Shown: one piece after another, positions 45,677 through 54,603 of the stretch | How positions within the stretch are numbered: position 1 is the first letter of the stretch | How the letters are laid out: each line of letters opens with the position of its first letter | Source of the DNA: Acidobacteriota bacterium | Lineage (GTDB): Bacteria; Acidobacteriota; Terriglobia; Acidiferrales; UBA7541 | Direction of reading: 5' to 3' | DNA: 64,000 nucleotides | Assembly (NCBI GenBank): GCA_003225315.1 | Contig: QHZD01000023.1 | Coordinates: 90,347 to 154,346, forward strand | Program-made: the position numbers and the translations under genes | Notes under the pieces: generated by a model | The model's input: the letters and a program-made list of their open reading frames with translations, nothing else | What the model was told of the DNA's origin: nothing | Database searches by the model: none

Positions 45677-48178
45677 TCACGGTCGCGCTCCCTTGGGTTG
45701 CTGATAACGCTGCTTTTCTGCAGGGGCAAACCTCGTCGACACTGAACCGGCTACCGTGAGGCTGAAGTGCTCTTCTGTCGAAAGACCTCCCAGACCGGCT
45801 GCAGTTACGACGACCTGATACGTTCCCGGTTTTGTATAAGCATGAGAAACTTCTGGGCCCTCTAGCGTGACACCGTCCCCAAAATTCCAACTAAAGCTAA
45901 CCACAGTGTCGTTGGAAGTCGCTGGCTGAGCACGAAAGGTTGCGACCGCTACTGTCTTAATGCTTGGCATATTGTCAACTTTGATAATCGGTGACTGTGC
46001 GGGAGCACCCGTGTTTACGATCTTGAGCACGCGAGCTGAATGAGGAGGCAGGTCCACAACGACGGAGTTCGGATTCGGAGTTGCTATGGCTTTGCCATCG
46101 AACACATCCGAGACCGTGTACTGACCTGAAGGTGGTAAGCCCAGCCTGGAGAACTCGATGGAACGCGAATGATGTTGGTCGGTCCAGTTGAAGATTGTCA
46201 GCATGCCCTGGCGACGATCTTCCTCAAGCCAAAAAATGCTTGGCTGGCTATCCTCGGGCGAATAGCTCATGAGGTCTAGCGGTTTCGAGGCCCTGCCCAA
46301 TTTAATCGTCTCGATCAGGTCTTGATTCTGAATCAACGCCAGGCGTTGCGGATCTCCTCCGAGAGTAGGGAGATCGTCACCGATTTCGTACATTCCGCCT
46401 GAAACTGCGGAAAGAGCGATGGACGCTTTGGCCTCGTCAAGAGTGAGGGGAACTTTGCCGCCATGCCAGGGCTGATCCGTCACAATCTGCGTGGAAACGG
46501 AAAAAGCATCGGGATCGCTGACAAAGAAATTTCGGTTCATATAGTATCTTGCCGCTATTCCCGGAGCGGCATCTCTCGTTGCCTCGAAAGTGTGGCCGGT
46601 GTCGAGAGAAATGCGCCCGGTGTCAACGATACCGACGGGATTGAGCATCGGGCTGCCGTCTTTATCTAGAAGCACATGTTCTCCGACGGTTTGCCGAATG
46701 ATTTGTAGACCGATTTTTTGAGCTTCGAGTGCTGTAGTATTGGGCCGGTAATAGCGACCTTCGACGGCTGTATCTTCCATGAAATCCAATTTGATATATC
46801 CGATGCTCCATTCGTTTACCAGCGTCGAGTAAGTCTTGCGCAAGTATTCCTGGGCGCCGGGATTCGTCGCATCTAGCACGAATAACTGGTCCTTGCCAGC
46901 AACCTGTCCGATGCGGATCGGCTCACCTTTCGTGTTGCGCACCAGCCAGTCGCGATGATTTTCGTAGACCCAAGACCGGTCGGCAACCTCGAACGGCGCA
47001 GTCCACACGCCTGGAATCAAACCTTCGCTGCGAATCTTTCGTTCCATCGCAGCCATCCCATTCGGGAAAAGTGCGGAATCTGGAGTAGCGTATTCGCCGC
47101 GGGCGTACTGATAACCCTCGTCAATGTGGAAGAACCGGTATCCCACGGACTTCAAATGTTGAGCCAGCCAGTGAGCGTTGGTAAGTGCGCTTCCCTCGTT
47201 GAGGCCGAAATAATAAGCCGTCCAGCTCCACCAGCCCATCGGAGAGGGAAACGAAATCCGCGCGTGATGGAGCACACGGATCAATGAACCATACATTTCC
47301 AATTGAGAGTGGTAGTCGCCGCTAACCCCGAAAAAGAGTTTCTCGGAATCCAAAGCTCCACCTGGCGGAAGAACAAGGCTCAGTTCCATTTGATCTTCGG
47401 GCGGCGACTGTTTCAGGGAGTTCTCTTTAGTCAATTCGGTCGTACCAGTGGAGTCAACCTCGAATGCTTGGATTTGCGGGGCGTTTAATGAGCCGCCGAC
47501 GTGAACACGGGACACGGTCAGAAAGCGATTGGAAGTGAGTACCCCGACAAAAAAACTAAGGCGACTTTCCCGATTGTACAAGAGCTGGCTGCCGACTCCG
47601 CGATGAACACTTTCCCCATCTCCAAGGTCGCGTATTTTCAAGGCGGGGCGGTCTTCGCTATAGCTGTCAGAGAGAACCCGGTCTAAAGCAACTGGCCCGC
47701 CCAAATCGAGAATCTTGCCTTGTCTCGCTTCGATTGGACGAATGGCCTCGATATGGATTGTCCGGCCAGCGCTATCGACGACGCGAACTTGGATGTCGCC
47801 GAATGGTTTGTCCGCATAAGAATGCAGTGTACAAATCAGCTCGGGAGCGCCTTTTAGTCCTGAGTGCCTCACCGTCCATTCATGGGCCATTCCCAAATCG
47901 TCGTTTGCGGTGGACTCTGTGATTGAATGTCGCGGATAATCGCGAGCGTGAAGCCACTGCCCATCTACCTTAGCTGCGACATTGGCGGTCAATACGCCCC
48001 CAACGTTGTCTGCTTGTCCGATGGCATAGTCTCCCGTCGTAGGACTAACCGTTACGCGCAAACCCCGTGAGGCTGACGTCGTATCCTCAGCCAGGATCGC
48101 GTAATTTACCGAGCCCAAGAGAAGTCCCAGGACACCGATCGAAGTCACCGATCGACAATAAATGAATGACAGATTCAT
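45677..48178 (-). CDS. Clan-D (GH36/GH27-like) alpha-galactosidase with C-terminal PKD domain
   Basis: GWWSWTAYY; IDEGY; FPNGM; PGVWTAPF; LDATNPGA; IKLDF (nucleophile Asp); RISLDT; WNFGDG...SHAYTKPGTY (PKD). Confidence 0.85.
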   Translation of the reverse strand: MNLSFIYCRSVTSIGVLGLLLGSVNYAILAEDTTSASRGLRVTVSPTTGDYAIGQADNVGGVLTANVAAKVDGQWLHARDYPRHSITESTANDDLGMAHEWTVRHSGLKGAPELICTLHSYADKPFGDIQVRVVDSAGRTIHIEAIRPIEARQGKILDLGGPVALDRVLSDSYSEDRPALKIRDLGDGESVHRGVGSQLLYNRESRLSFFVGVLTSNRFLTVSRVHVGGSLNAPQIQAFEVDSTGTTELTKENSLKQSPPEDQMELSLVLPPGGALDSEKLFFGVSGDYHSQLEMYGSLIRVLHHARISFPSPMGWWSWTAYYFGLNEGSALTNAHWLAQHLKSVGYRFFHIDEGYQYARGEYATPDSALFPNGMAAMERKIRSEGLIPGVWTAPFEVADRSWVYENHRDWLVRNTKGEPIRIGQVAGKDQLFVLDATNPGAQEYLRKTYSTLVNEWSIGYIKLDFMEDTAVEGRYYRPNTTALEAQKIGLQIIRQTVGEHVLLDKDGSPMLNPVGIVDTGRISLDTGHTFEATRDAAPGIAARYYMNRNFFVSDPDAFSVSTQIVTDQPWHGGKVPLTLDEAKASIALSAVSGGMYEIGDDLPTLGGDPQRLALIQNQDLIETIKLGRASKPLDLMSYSPEDSQPSIFWLEEDRRQGMLTIFNWTDQHHSRSIEFSRLGLPPSGQYTVSDVFDGKAIATPNPNSVVVDLPPHSARVLKIVNTGAPAQSPIIKVDNMPSIKTVAVATFRAQPATSNDTVVSFSWNFGDGVTLEGPEVSHAYTKPGTYQVVVTAAGLGGLSTEEHFSLTVAGSVSTRFAPAEKQRYQQPKGARP

Positions 48179-48342
48179 CGAATCACCTCAGCTTGATCGC
48201 TGCGACTCGTTTCTGCAGGCTTGCATGAGGAGTCTACCTCACACTTATATGCCGTAAGATTGGAGTAGCCTGTCGAAACTACAGGACACAAATTTGTCGG
48301 TACTGAAATAGCCGGATTGGCAGGCTTTTCTTCAATTGAGGA

Positions 48343-50727
48343 CTACTCTCCGTAGGGAACCCAAATGTTTTTCACTTGGACGGAGTGGTCGAGGAACCAG
48401 CGGCCTTCGCCTTGTTTGACGTCGAACCAGTTGATGGCGCGGCCTTCATTTGTAAAAACCTGCTTCAGATTGCCGACCGAAAGAGCTTTCACCGCCGCGG
48501 CGCTGGCCTCATCCGTGAAACACCAGAGGGCGTCGACGTCATCGTGTTCCGCCAGCGTCTTCATCAGTTCCGCGGCGCGGCCAGTGACGATGTTAACCGC
48601 GCCATCCGGCAAATCGCTGGTTTCGAAAACCTGATAAAGATCGGCAGTAATCAGCGGATATTTTTCCGAAGGGATGGCGATGACCGTGTTGCCTGTCGCA
48701 ATGGCCGGCATCACGAGAGAAAGGAACCCAAGCAAGGGTGCGTCAGCGGGACAGATCACTCCTACCGTGCCAATCGGCTCCTTCATCGCCAAGGCGACGT
48801 TGCGGAACGGCGGGTTATGCACCGCGCCGTCGTACTTGTCGGCCCACGCGGCATAGGAAAAGATGCGCTCGATGCCGAGGCTGATTTCGGCCTCCGCTTG
48901 CTTCTTTCCAACCACATCGGACAAGCGGCTGGCAATTTCTTCGCCACGCTGGGAAAGATTCTCCGCAATATAGTAGAGCACCTGCGCGCGATTGTGCGCG
49001 GTTACTTTGCTCCAGCCTTCTGCTTTGCGCGCCGCTTCGACGGCGTTGCGAATGTCCTTGCGGTTTCCAAGCGGCGCTTCCCCGAGTAAGCGCCCGTCTG
49101 CACCGTGCACCGCCATGCTGTAACCCGAGTCCGGCCGCGCCTGCTTCCCGGCGATATAGAGTTTCACCGTGCGGTCGATCGGAGGAGCCGCGAAGTTTAC
49201 CCGCTGCTCGGGCGGCTGATCGATGGCTAGCGGTTTGGCGCGAAGAGGCGGCGCCTGCTTGAACCACGCGGGCTCCAGATATTCGACCAGACCTTCGCGT
49301 CCGCCTTCGCGTCCGAAGCCGCTTTCCCGATAGCCACCGAAGCCGCACGCAGCGTCGAAGAGATTCGTGCAGTTGACCCAAACGACGCCGGCTTTGAGCT
49401 GTGCCGCAACGTGCAGTGAAACATTGATGCTTTCGCTCCATACGCACGCGGCCAGTCCATACACCGTATTGTTGGCGAGTTCCACGGCTTCCTGCGGAGT
49501 GCGGAAAGTCATCGTCGCAAGTACCGGTCCGAAAATCTCCTGCTGCGCCACGACGGAAGTCGGATGAACATTGCTTAGCAATGTCGGCGGAAAATACAAG
49601 CCACGCGAAGGTACAGGAATGGACGGTTGCCAGCACGTCGCGCCCTCTGCCACACCTTGATCGACCAGTCGTTGAATGCGCTCGAGCTGTACGCGCGCGA
49701 CGATGGCGCCAATGTCGATTGCTTTATCGAGCGGTGGACCGATTCGCAGCGTGTTCATGCGGTCCTGAATCTTGCCGATCAACCTTTCCGCGATGCTCTC
49801 TTGCATCAGCAGCCGTGAACCCGCGCAGCAAACCTGTCCCTGATTGAACCAGATGCCATCGACAAGGCCTTCCACGGCGCTGTCCAGATCGGCATCCTCA
49901 AAAATGACGAAAGGAGACTTTCCGCCAAGTTCGAGCGAAAGTTTTTTGTGGCCCTGTGCCGTGACTCTGCGAATCGCGCGGCCTACTTCCGTCGAACCAG
50001 TGAACGCAATCTTGTCAACGTCGAGATGCTGCACCAGTGCTTCGCCGGTCGATCCATCGCCGGTGATGATGTTTACGACGCCAGCGGGGAGGCCGACCTC
50101 CTGGCAGATATGCGCAAAAGCGAGCGCCGTCAGGGGCGTGAACTCCGCGGGCTTCAGCACGACGGTATTCCCAGTGGCGAGCGCGGGCGCAATCTTCCAT
50201 GCCAGCATGAGTAATGGAAAATTCCACGGAATGATTTGGCCCACGACGCCGCATGCGGTGTATCCCGGAAATTCCTGTTCAAGCAACTGCGCCCAGCCCG
50301 CATGGTGATAAAAATGACGTGCGACCAGAGGAATGTCGATGTCGCGGCTTTCGCGAATCGGCTTGCCGTTGTCCAGCGTTTCGAGCACCGCGAGCCAGCG
50401 AGAATGTTTCTGTACCTGGCGGGCCAGCGCATAAAGATATCGAGCACGCGCATGAGGAGTGAGGGATTGCCATCCAGGTAAAGCAGCGCGCGCGGCTTTC
50501 ACCGCGCTATCAACATCCGCGGCCGAACCTTGTGCCACCGTCGCAAGTTTTTCACCAGTGGAAGGATCTGTGGTGTCGAAATAAGCGCCTTCAGCGGGCG
50601 CCTGCCATGTGCCGTTGATGAAGTGTCCGAAGCGCCGGCCATTGCGGTCCAGCCACGCAAGAGCTTCGCGCGGGTCCTCTGGCGCAGGGCCATACTCCAT
50701 GGTTATGAATTTTTCGACAATGCTCAT
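48343..50727 (-). CDS. ALDH16-type aldehyde dehydrogenase (complete ALDH + extra non-catalytic domain)
   Basis: ATG 50727 (MSIVEKFITMEYGPAPE); IIPWNFP; LKPAEFT; FTGSTEVG; LELGGKS; GQVCCAGSR; EIFGPV. Second Rossmann-like half (YAAWADK, GNTVI) lacks the catalytic Cys domain. ~794 aa. Confidence 0.88.
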   Translation of the reverse strand: MSIVEKFITMEYGPAPEDPREALAWLDRNGRRFGHFINGTWQAPAEGAYFDTTDPSTGEKLATVAQGSAADVDSAVKAARAALPGWQSLTPHARARYLYALARQVQKHSRWLAVLETLDNGKPIRESRDIDIPLVARHFYHHAGWAQLLEQEFPGYTACGVVGQIIPWNFPLLMLAWKIAPALATGNTVVLKPAEFTPLTALAFAHICQEVGLPAGVVNIITGDGSTGEALVQHLDVDKIAFTGSTEVGRAIRRVTAQGHKKLSLELGGKSPFVIFEDADLDSAVEGLVDGIWFNQGQVCCAGSRLLMQESIAERLIGKIQDRMNTLRIGPPLDKAIDIGAIVARVQLERIQRLVDQGVAEGATCWQPSIPVPSRGLYFPPTLLSNVHPTSVVAQQEIFGPVLATMTFRTPQEAVELANNTVYGLAACVWSESINVSLHVAAQLKAGVVWVNCTNLFDAACGFGGYRESGFGREGGREGLVEYLEPAWFKQAPPLRAKPLAIDQPPEQRVNFAAPPIDRTVKLYIAGKQARPDSGYSMAVHGADGRLLGEAPLGNRKDIRNAVEAARKAEGWSKVTAHNRAQVLYYIAENLSQRGEEIASRLSDVVGKKQAEAEISLGIERIFSYAAWADKYDGAVHNPPFRNVALAMKEPIGTVGVICPADAPLLGFLSLVMPAIATGNTVIAIPSEKYPLITADLYQVFETSDLPDGAVNIVTGRAAELMKTLAEHDDVDALWCFTDEASAAAVKALSVGNLKQVFTNEGRAINWFDVKQGEGRWFLDHSVQVKNIWVPYGE

Positions 50728-50771
50728 TCGCTTTTTCTCAGTCTCTCGCCACGAAATCAAGATTCCGAAGC

Positions 50772-51833
50772 TCACGCAATCGGATGGCGATAGTCCGCCG
50801 AATAGCGTCCCGTTACATGATGCTCCAGTTGCCGCTCGATATCGGCCAACATGCCACTCGCGCCAAACCGGAACAATTCCGCTTTTAGCCAGGAGTCGCC
50901 GAGTTCTTCTTTCATCAGCGCAAGCCACTCGAGCGATTGTTTCGCGGTACGAATGCCGCCCGCCGGCTTGAAGCCCACCGCCATTCCGGTTTCCTGCGCG
51001 TATTCGCGAATGGCGCGCGTCATAACCAAACTCACAGGCAGCGTCGCGTTCACCGCTTCTTTGCCAGTGGACGTCTTGATGAAGTCTGCTCCGGCCATCA
51101 TGGCAACGAAACTGGCGCGCGCAACGTTGCGCAGGGTCATCAAATCACCAGTGCCTAGAATCACCTTCAGATGCGCGGGTCCACAAGCGTTCTTGAACGC
51201 GGCGATCTCATCGTACAGCGCTTGCCATTTCGCGCCGAAGACGTGCGCGCGTGTAATGACCACGTCAATCTCGTCCGCGCCGGCTTCCACCGAGCGGCGA
51301 ATTTCCGCGACGCGCTCTTCAAACGGAGAAAGACCGGCGGGGAATCCCGTGGACACTGCTGCCACATGAATGCCGCTGCCTTCAATGGCGCGCCGCGCGG
51401 TTTCGACGAAGGTATGATAAACGCACACGGCTGCGACCTTGATGTCTAGACTCTCGATAGCAAGCTTCTGCACGAGTTCCTGCTGAAGCGGCTGCCGCGC
51501 CTTCGCACACAAGCGCCGCACACGCTCGTCCGTGTCGTCTCCGGAGAGCGTCGTCAAATCCATGCAGGTGATGGCGCGCAGGAGCCAAGCCGCTTGCCAT
51601 TCCTTCTTTACCGTTCGCCGCGTTCCGATGGTTTGCGCGCGGCGCTCGACGGCGCTCGTGTTCACGCGTACCGCGTTTACCCAATCTAAATTGAGCGGTA
51701 CGCCGCGGTTGGGCTGGAGATCACGCCCCGCGTAATTGGCAATGGCGGTATCGGAAGGTGAAATCGGTGCACGAAGAACGGGGCGATCCAGACTTGACGG
51801 GCTGCCGATTCGCGGATTGTCGCGCAGAGTCAT
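50772..51833 (-). CDS. deoC: Deoxyribose-phosphate aldolase (long, eukaryote-like type)
   Basis: RRTVKKEWQAAWLL; MDLTTLSGDDT; AAVCVY; STGFPAG; EIDVVI; HLKVIL; FIKTSTGK; GFKPAGGIR; RFGAS. ATG 51833 preferred over the ORF-track start. Confidence 0.93.
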   Translation of the reverse strand: MTLRDNPRIGSPSSLDRPVLRAPISPSDTAIANYAGRDLQPNRGVPLNLDWVNAVRVNTSAVERRAQTIGTRRTVKKEWQAAWLLRAITCMDLTTLSGDDTDERVRRLCAKARQPLQQELVQKLAIESLDIKVAAVCVYHTFVETARRAIEGSGIHVAAVSTGFPAGLSPFEERVAEIRRSVEAGADEIDVVITRAHVFGAKWQALYDEIAAFKNACGPAHLKVILGTGDLMTLRNVARASFVAMMAGADFIKTSTGKEAVNATLPVSLVMTRAIREYAQETGMAVGFKPAGGIRTAKQSLEWLALMKEELGDSWLKAELFRFGASGMLADIERQLEHHVTGRYSADYRHPIA

Positions 51834-51898
51834 GAGATGGTCACCACAAGTGATAAAGCAATCAGGAACCTCCATCTTAGCACTTAGACAAAGCCGGT

Positions 51899-52837
51899 TT
51901 ACAGGCGCCCTCCGCGATTCCGCCACTCCTTCTCGAATTCCTGCCGGCTGTAGAAGGATTTCTGCGTCCCTACTTTGGTTGTGGACAGAGAGGCGTAAAG
52001 ATTTGCGCGTGGCAATGCTTCCTCCTCCGACAAGCCTTTGCTCAAAAAAACCGCCAGGCTGCCAATGAAGGCGTCGCCCGCGCCGGTAGTGTCCACGGCT
52101 TGGACCTGGAATGCCGGAATGAGCTCCATGCGATCCGCTCCTGCTGCCAAGCAACCGCGCTCGCCAAGAGTAATGACCACGCGCTGCATTCCCTGGCGCA
52201 GAAGAAACTCGGCGCACTTTTTTGCATCGTCGATCGAGTGAACTGGTATTCCCGTAATGACTTCAGCTTCGCTCTCATTGGGGATGAAATAATCTGCGGT
52301 GCCTACTTGCTTGAAGTCAACCGGCTGTGCCGGAGCGGGATTCACGATACAGCGAATCCCGTTGGCCTTCGCGAACTTCACGGTGTGATAGACGGTTCGC
52401 AGCGGGACCTCAAACTGCAGGATGATGGCGTGCGCCTTGCGGAGCAGCGGCGCGGCAGCGTCCACGTCTTCTGGCGAAAGCGTGTCGTTCGCGCCCTTCA
52501 CGACGATGATGCGATTTTGGCCGCTCGGATCCACGAAGATTGGAGCGACCCCGCTGGAGACGCCTTCGGCGATGCGCACGTACGTCGCGTCAATCCCTAG
52601 CGATTCAAAGTTTTTAATCGTGGCTGGGCCGAAAAGGTCACTCCCGACTTTCGCTACCATTCCTACGTTCGCGCCGCAGAGACGTGCCGCAACCGCCTGA
52701 TTCGCGCCTTTGCCGCCGAACCCAAGATCGAACTTCTTGCCGAAGATGGTTTCTCCCGGCCGCGGGAAGACGTCATTGAACGTTGTAAGGTCCACGTTTG
52801 CGCTGCCCACCACCGCAATCAAAGGTCGCTCGGTCAT
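51899..52837 (-). CDS. rbsK: Ribokinase/deoxyribokinase
   Basis: GSANVD; GGKGANQAVAA; SSGVAPIFV; KGAN; NPAPA; IPNESE; VTLGERG; DTTGAGDAFIG. Confidence 0.9.
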   Translation of the reverse strand: MTERPLIAVVGSANVDLTTFNDVFPRPGETIFGKKFDLGFGGKGANQAVAARLCGANVGMVAKVGSDLFGPATIKNFESLGIDATYVRIAEGVSSGVAPIFVDPSGQNRIIVVKGANDTLSPEDVDAAAPLLRKAHAIILQFEVPLRTVYHTVKFAKANGIRCIVNPAPAQPVDFKQVGTADYFIPNESEAEVITGIPVHSIDDAKKCAEFLLRQGMQRVVITLGERGCLAAGADRMELIPAFQVQAVDTTGAGDAFIGSLAVFLSKGLSEEEALPRANLYASLSTTKVGTQKSFYSRQEFEKEWRNRGGRL

Positions 52838-52886
52838 TTTTTCAGCTTTGATCAGTCCGACAAACGCCAGACACTCGGTATGGCTG

Positions 52887-53816
52887 CTATCCAGTGAAAA
52901 CGTTGCGCACTATGAACCATAAATTCGCCGGCCGTTCCGCAAGCCTCCGCACAAACCACGGATACCAGTAGCTGCCGTAAGCGACTAGCACAATGGAAGT
53001 GCAGCCCTCGCTGGCGAGGCGTTCCTGCTCGGCGCCCTGGATGCCGTAGAGCATTTGCACCTCAAATTCCTTTTTTGCGAAGCCTTCCTCGGATGCGCAA
53101 TTGGCCAGCCGCCGGATCAGCGTCACATCATGTGTGCCGAAAGCGGCGCGCATACAACGATTTTCCTTCTTGGCTCGCAGCATCTGCCTTCCAAGTTGGA
53201 AATAGTTTTTGTCGACGTCCTGTTTGCGCGGGAACGCGATTGTTGGCGGCTCGTTGTATGCGCCTTTCACCAAACGTATCGAAGGCCGCAGTGGAAGAAG
53301 TGTCCCCAGGTCATCCTTCGTCCGATACAGGTAGGCTTGCAGGCAGATGCCGACATTGGGATGCGCCATCAGTGCGCGGCGATAGAGATCCAGTGTCGAG
53401 TCCACATAGTTACTGGCCTCCATGTCCACCCAGACGATGGAGTCTTTTGCCGCCCGCTCGATAATGGCGTTCAAATGCTCGAAGCAGAGATCCGCCGAGA
53501 GATCCAGCCCGAGTTGCGTCAATTTGACGGATATCTCTGCTTGCAGACTTTTTTCTCTGATACGCTTCAATACTTCGAGATAATGTTCAGCAACCTGCTG
53601 CGCCTCCCCGCGGTCTTTGATATTTTCTCCGAGGTGCGTGAATACCGTCCCAATCCTATTGCTTCGCAGCGTCTCCGCCGCTCCAAGCGCGTCGTCCAGC
53701 GTTTCTCCGGGCATAAACCGCAACACTGTGCCGCGTACAAAGGAGTATTGCGTGGCATGATCACGGAGCCATCGATTCTGCGAGGCAGCCAGCAACAGGG
53801 AACGCATCAAACCCAT
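52887..53816 (-). CDS. putB: Monofunctional proline dehydrogenase
   Basis: RFMPGETLDDA; HLGEN; ISVKLTQLGL; VWVDME; GICLQAYL; RLVKGAYNE; FGTHD; FEVQMLYGI; YGSYWYPWFVRRLAERPAN. Confidence 0.9.
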   Translation of the reverse strand: MGLMRSLLLAASQNRWLRDHATQYSFVRGTVLRFMPGETLDDALGAAETLRSNRIGTVFTHLGENIKDRGEAQQVAEHYLEVLKRIREKSLQAEISVKLTQLGLDLSADLCFEHLNAIIERAAKDSIVWVDMEASNYVDSTLDLYRRALMAHPNVGICLQAYLYRTKDDLGTLLPLRPSIRLVKGAYNEPPTIAFPRKQDVDKNYFQLGRQMLRAKKENRCMRAAFGTHDVTLIRRLANCASEEGFAKKEFEVQMLYGIQGAEQERLASEGCTSIVLVAYGSYWYPWFVRRLAERPANLWFIVRNVFTG

Positions 53817-53856
53817 CCTCTTCTCCACTCCTGTTTAACCGAAGATTTCGCTTACT

Positions 53857-54594
53857 TCAGGAAATTGCGAGCAGCCGCAGAAGCACACCGGCCAGCACGC
53901 CGCCGACGAGCGGTCCAACCACGGGAATCGGCGCATAGCCCCAATCCGAGCCGCCTTTCCCCGCAATCGGTAGAATGGCGTGCACGATGCGCGGCCCGAG
54001 GTCTCGTGCCGGGTTGATAGCGTATCCGGTGGTAGCTCCAAGAGACAGACCGATGCCCCAGACCAGGCTTCCTACGAGATACGGGCCGAGACCCGCTGCA
54101 GGACCAGACGCAGAAACGCTCTTTGAGAAAATCGCGCCAACCACGAAAACAAGCACGAAGGTTCCAATGACTTCGCTCAGCAAATTCGCCACAGTATTGC
54201 GAATCGCCGGTGCCGTGCAAAAGCATGCTAGCTTCGCAGCAGCATCCGGCGTTTCTTTCCAGTGCGGAAAGTAGTGCAGCCACACGAGCGCTGCCCCCAC
54301 GATTGCTCCAAGCACTTGCGCTGCAATGTAGGAAGCAAGCTTGGCAAAACTGCCGTCCCGCATCGCGAAGCCGATCGTCACCGCGGGATTCAGATGCGCA
54401 TCGTTGCTCCCACAGGCAATTGCCGTGAACACGCCCGCCATCACCGCGAACGCCCAGCCGGCGGTGATCACCATCCAGCCGCTCCCTTCCGCTTTCGATC
54501 GCTTGAGCAGCACGGCCGCGACAACTCCATCGCCGAGCAGTATGAGAATCATCGTGCCGAAAAATTCACCAGCCAGCGGTGAGGTCATAAGCAA
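53857..54594 (-). CDS. glpF: Aquaglyceroporin / glycerol uptake facilitator
   Basis: GEFFGT; HLNPAVT; GYAINPARDLGPR (the NPARD GlpF signature). Confidence 0.9.
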   Translation of the reverse strand: MLMTSPLAGEFFGTMILILLGDGVVAAVLLKRSKAEGSGWMVITAGWAFAVMAGVFTAIACGSNDAHLNPAVTIGFAMRDGSFAKLASYIAAQVLGAIVGAALVWLHYFPHWKETPDAAAKLACFCTAPAIRNTVANLLSEVIGTFVLVFVVGAIFSKSVSASGPAAGLGPYLVGSLVWGIGLSLGATTGYAINPARDLGPRIVHAILPIAGKGGSDWGYAPIPVVGPLVGGVLAGVLLRLLAIS

Positions 54595-54603
54595 GCGCCT
54601 CCA

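Noticed and set aside
50772-52217. ORF-track 481-aa DeoC and 861-aa ALDH N-terminal extensions
   Set aside because: The extensions overlap the upstream genes; homology begins near ATG 51833 and ATG 50727.
53055-54017. 320-aa plus-strand ORF
   Set aside because: Antisense to putB/glpF with no family motifs.
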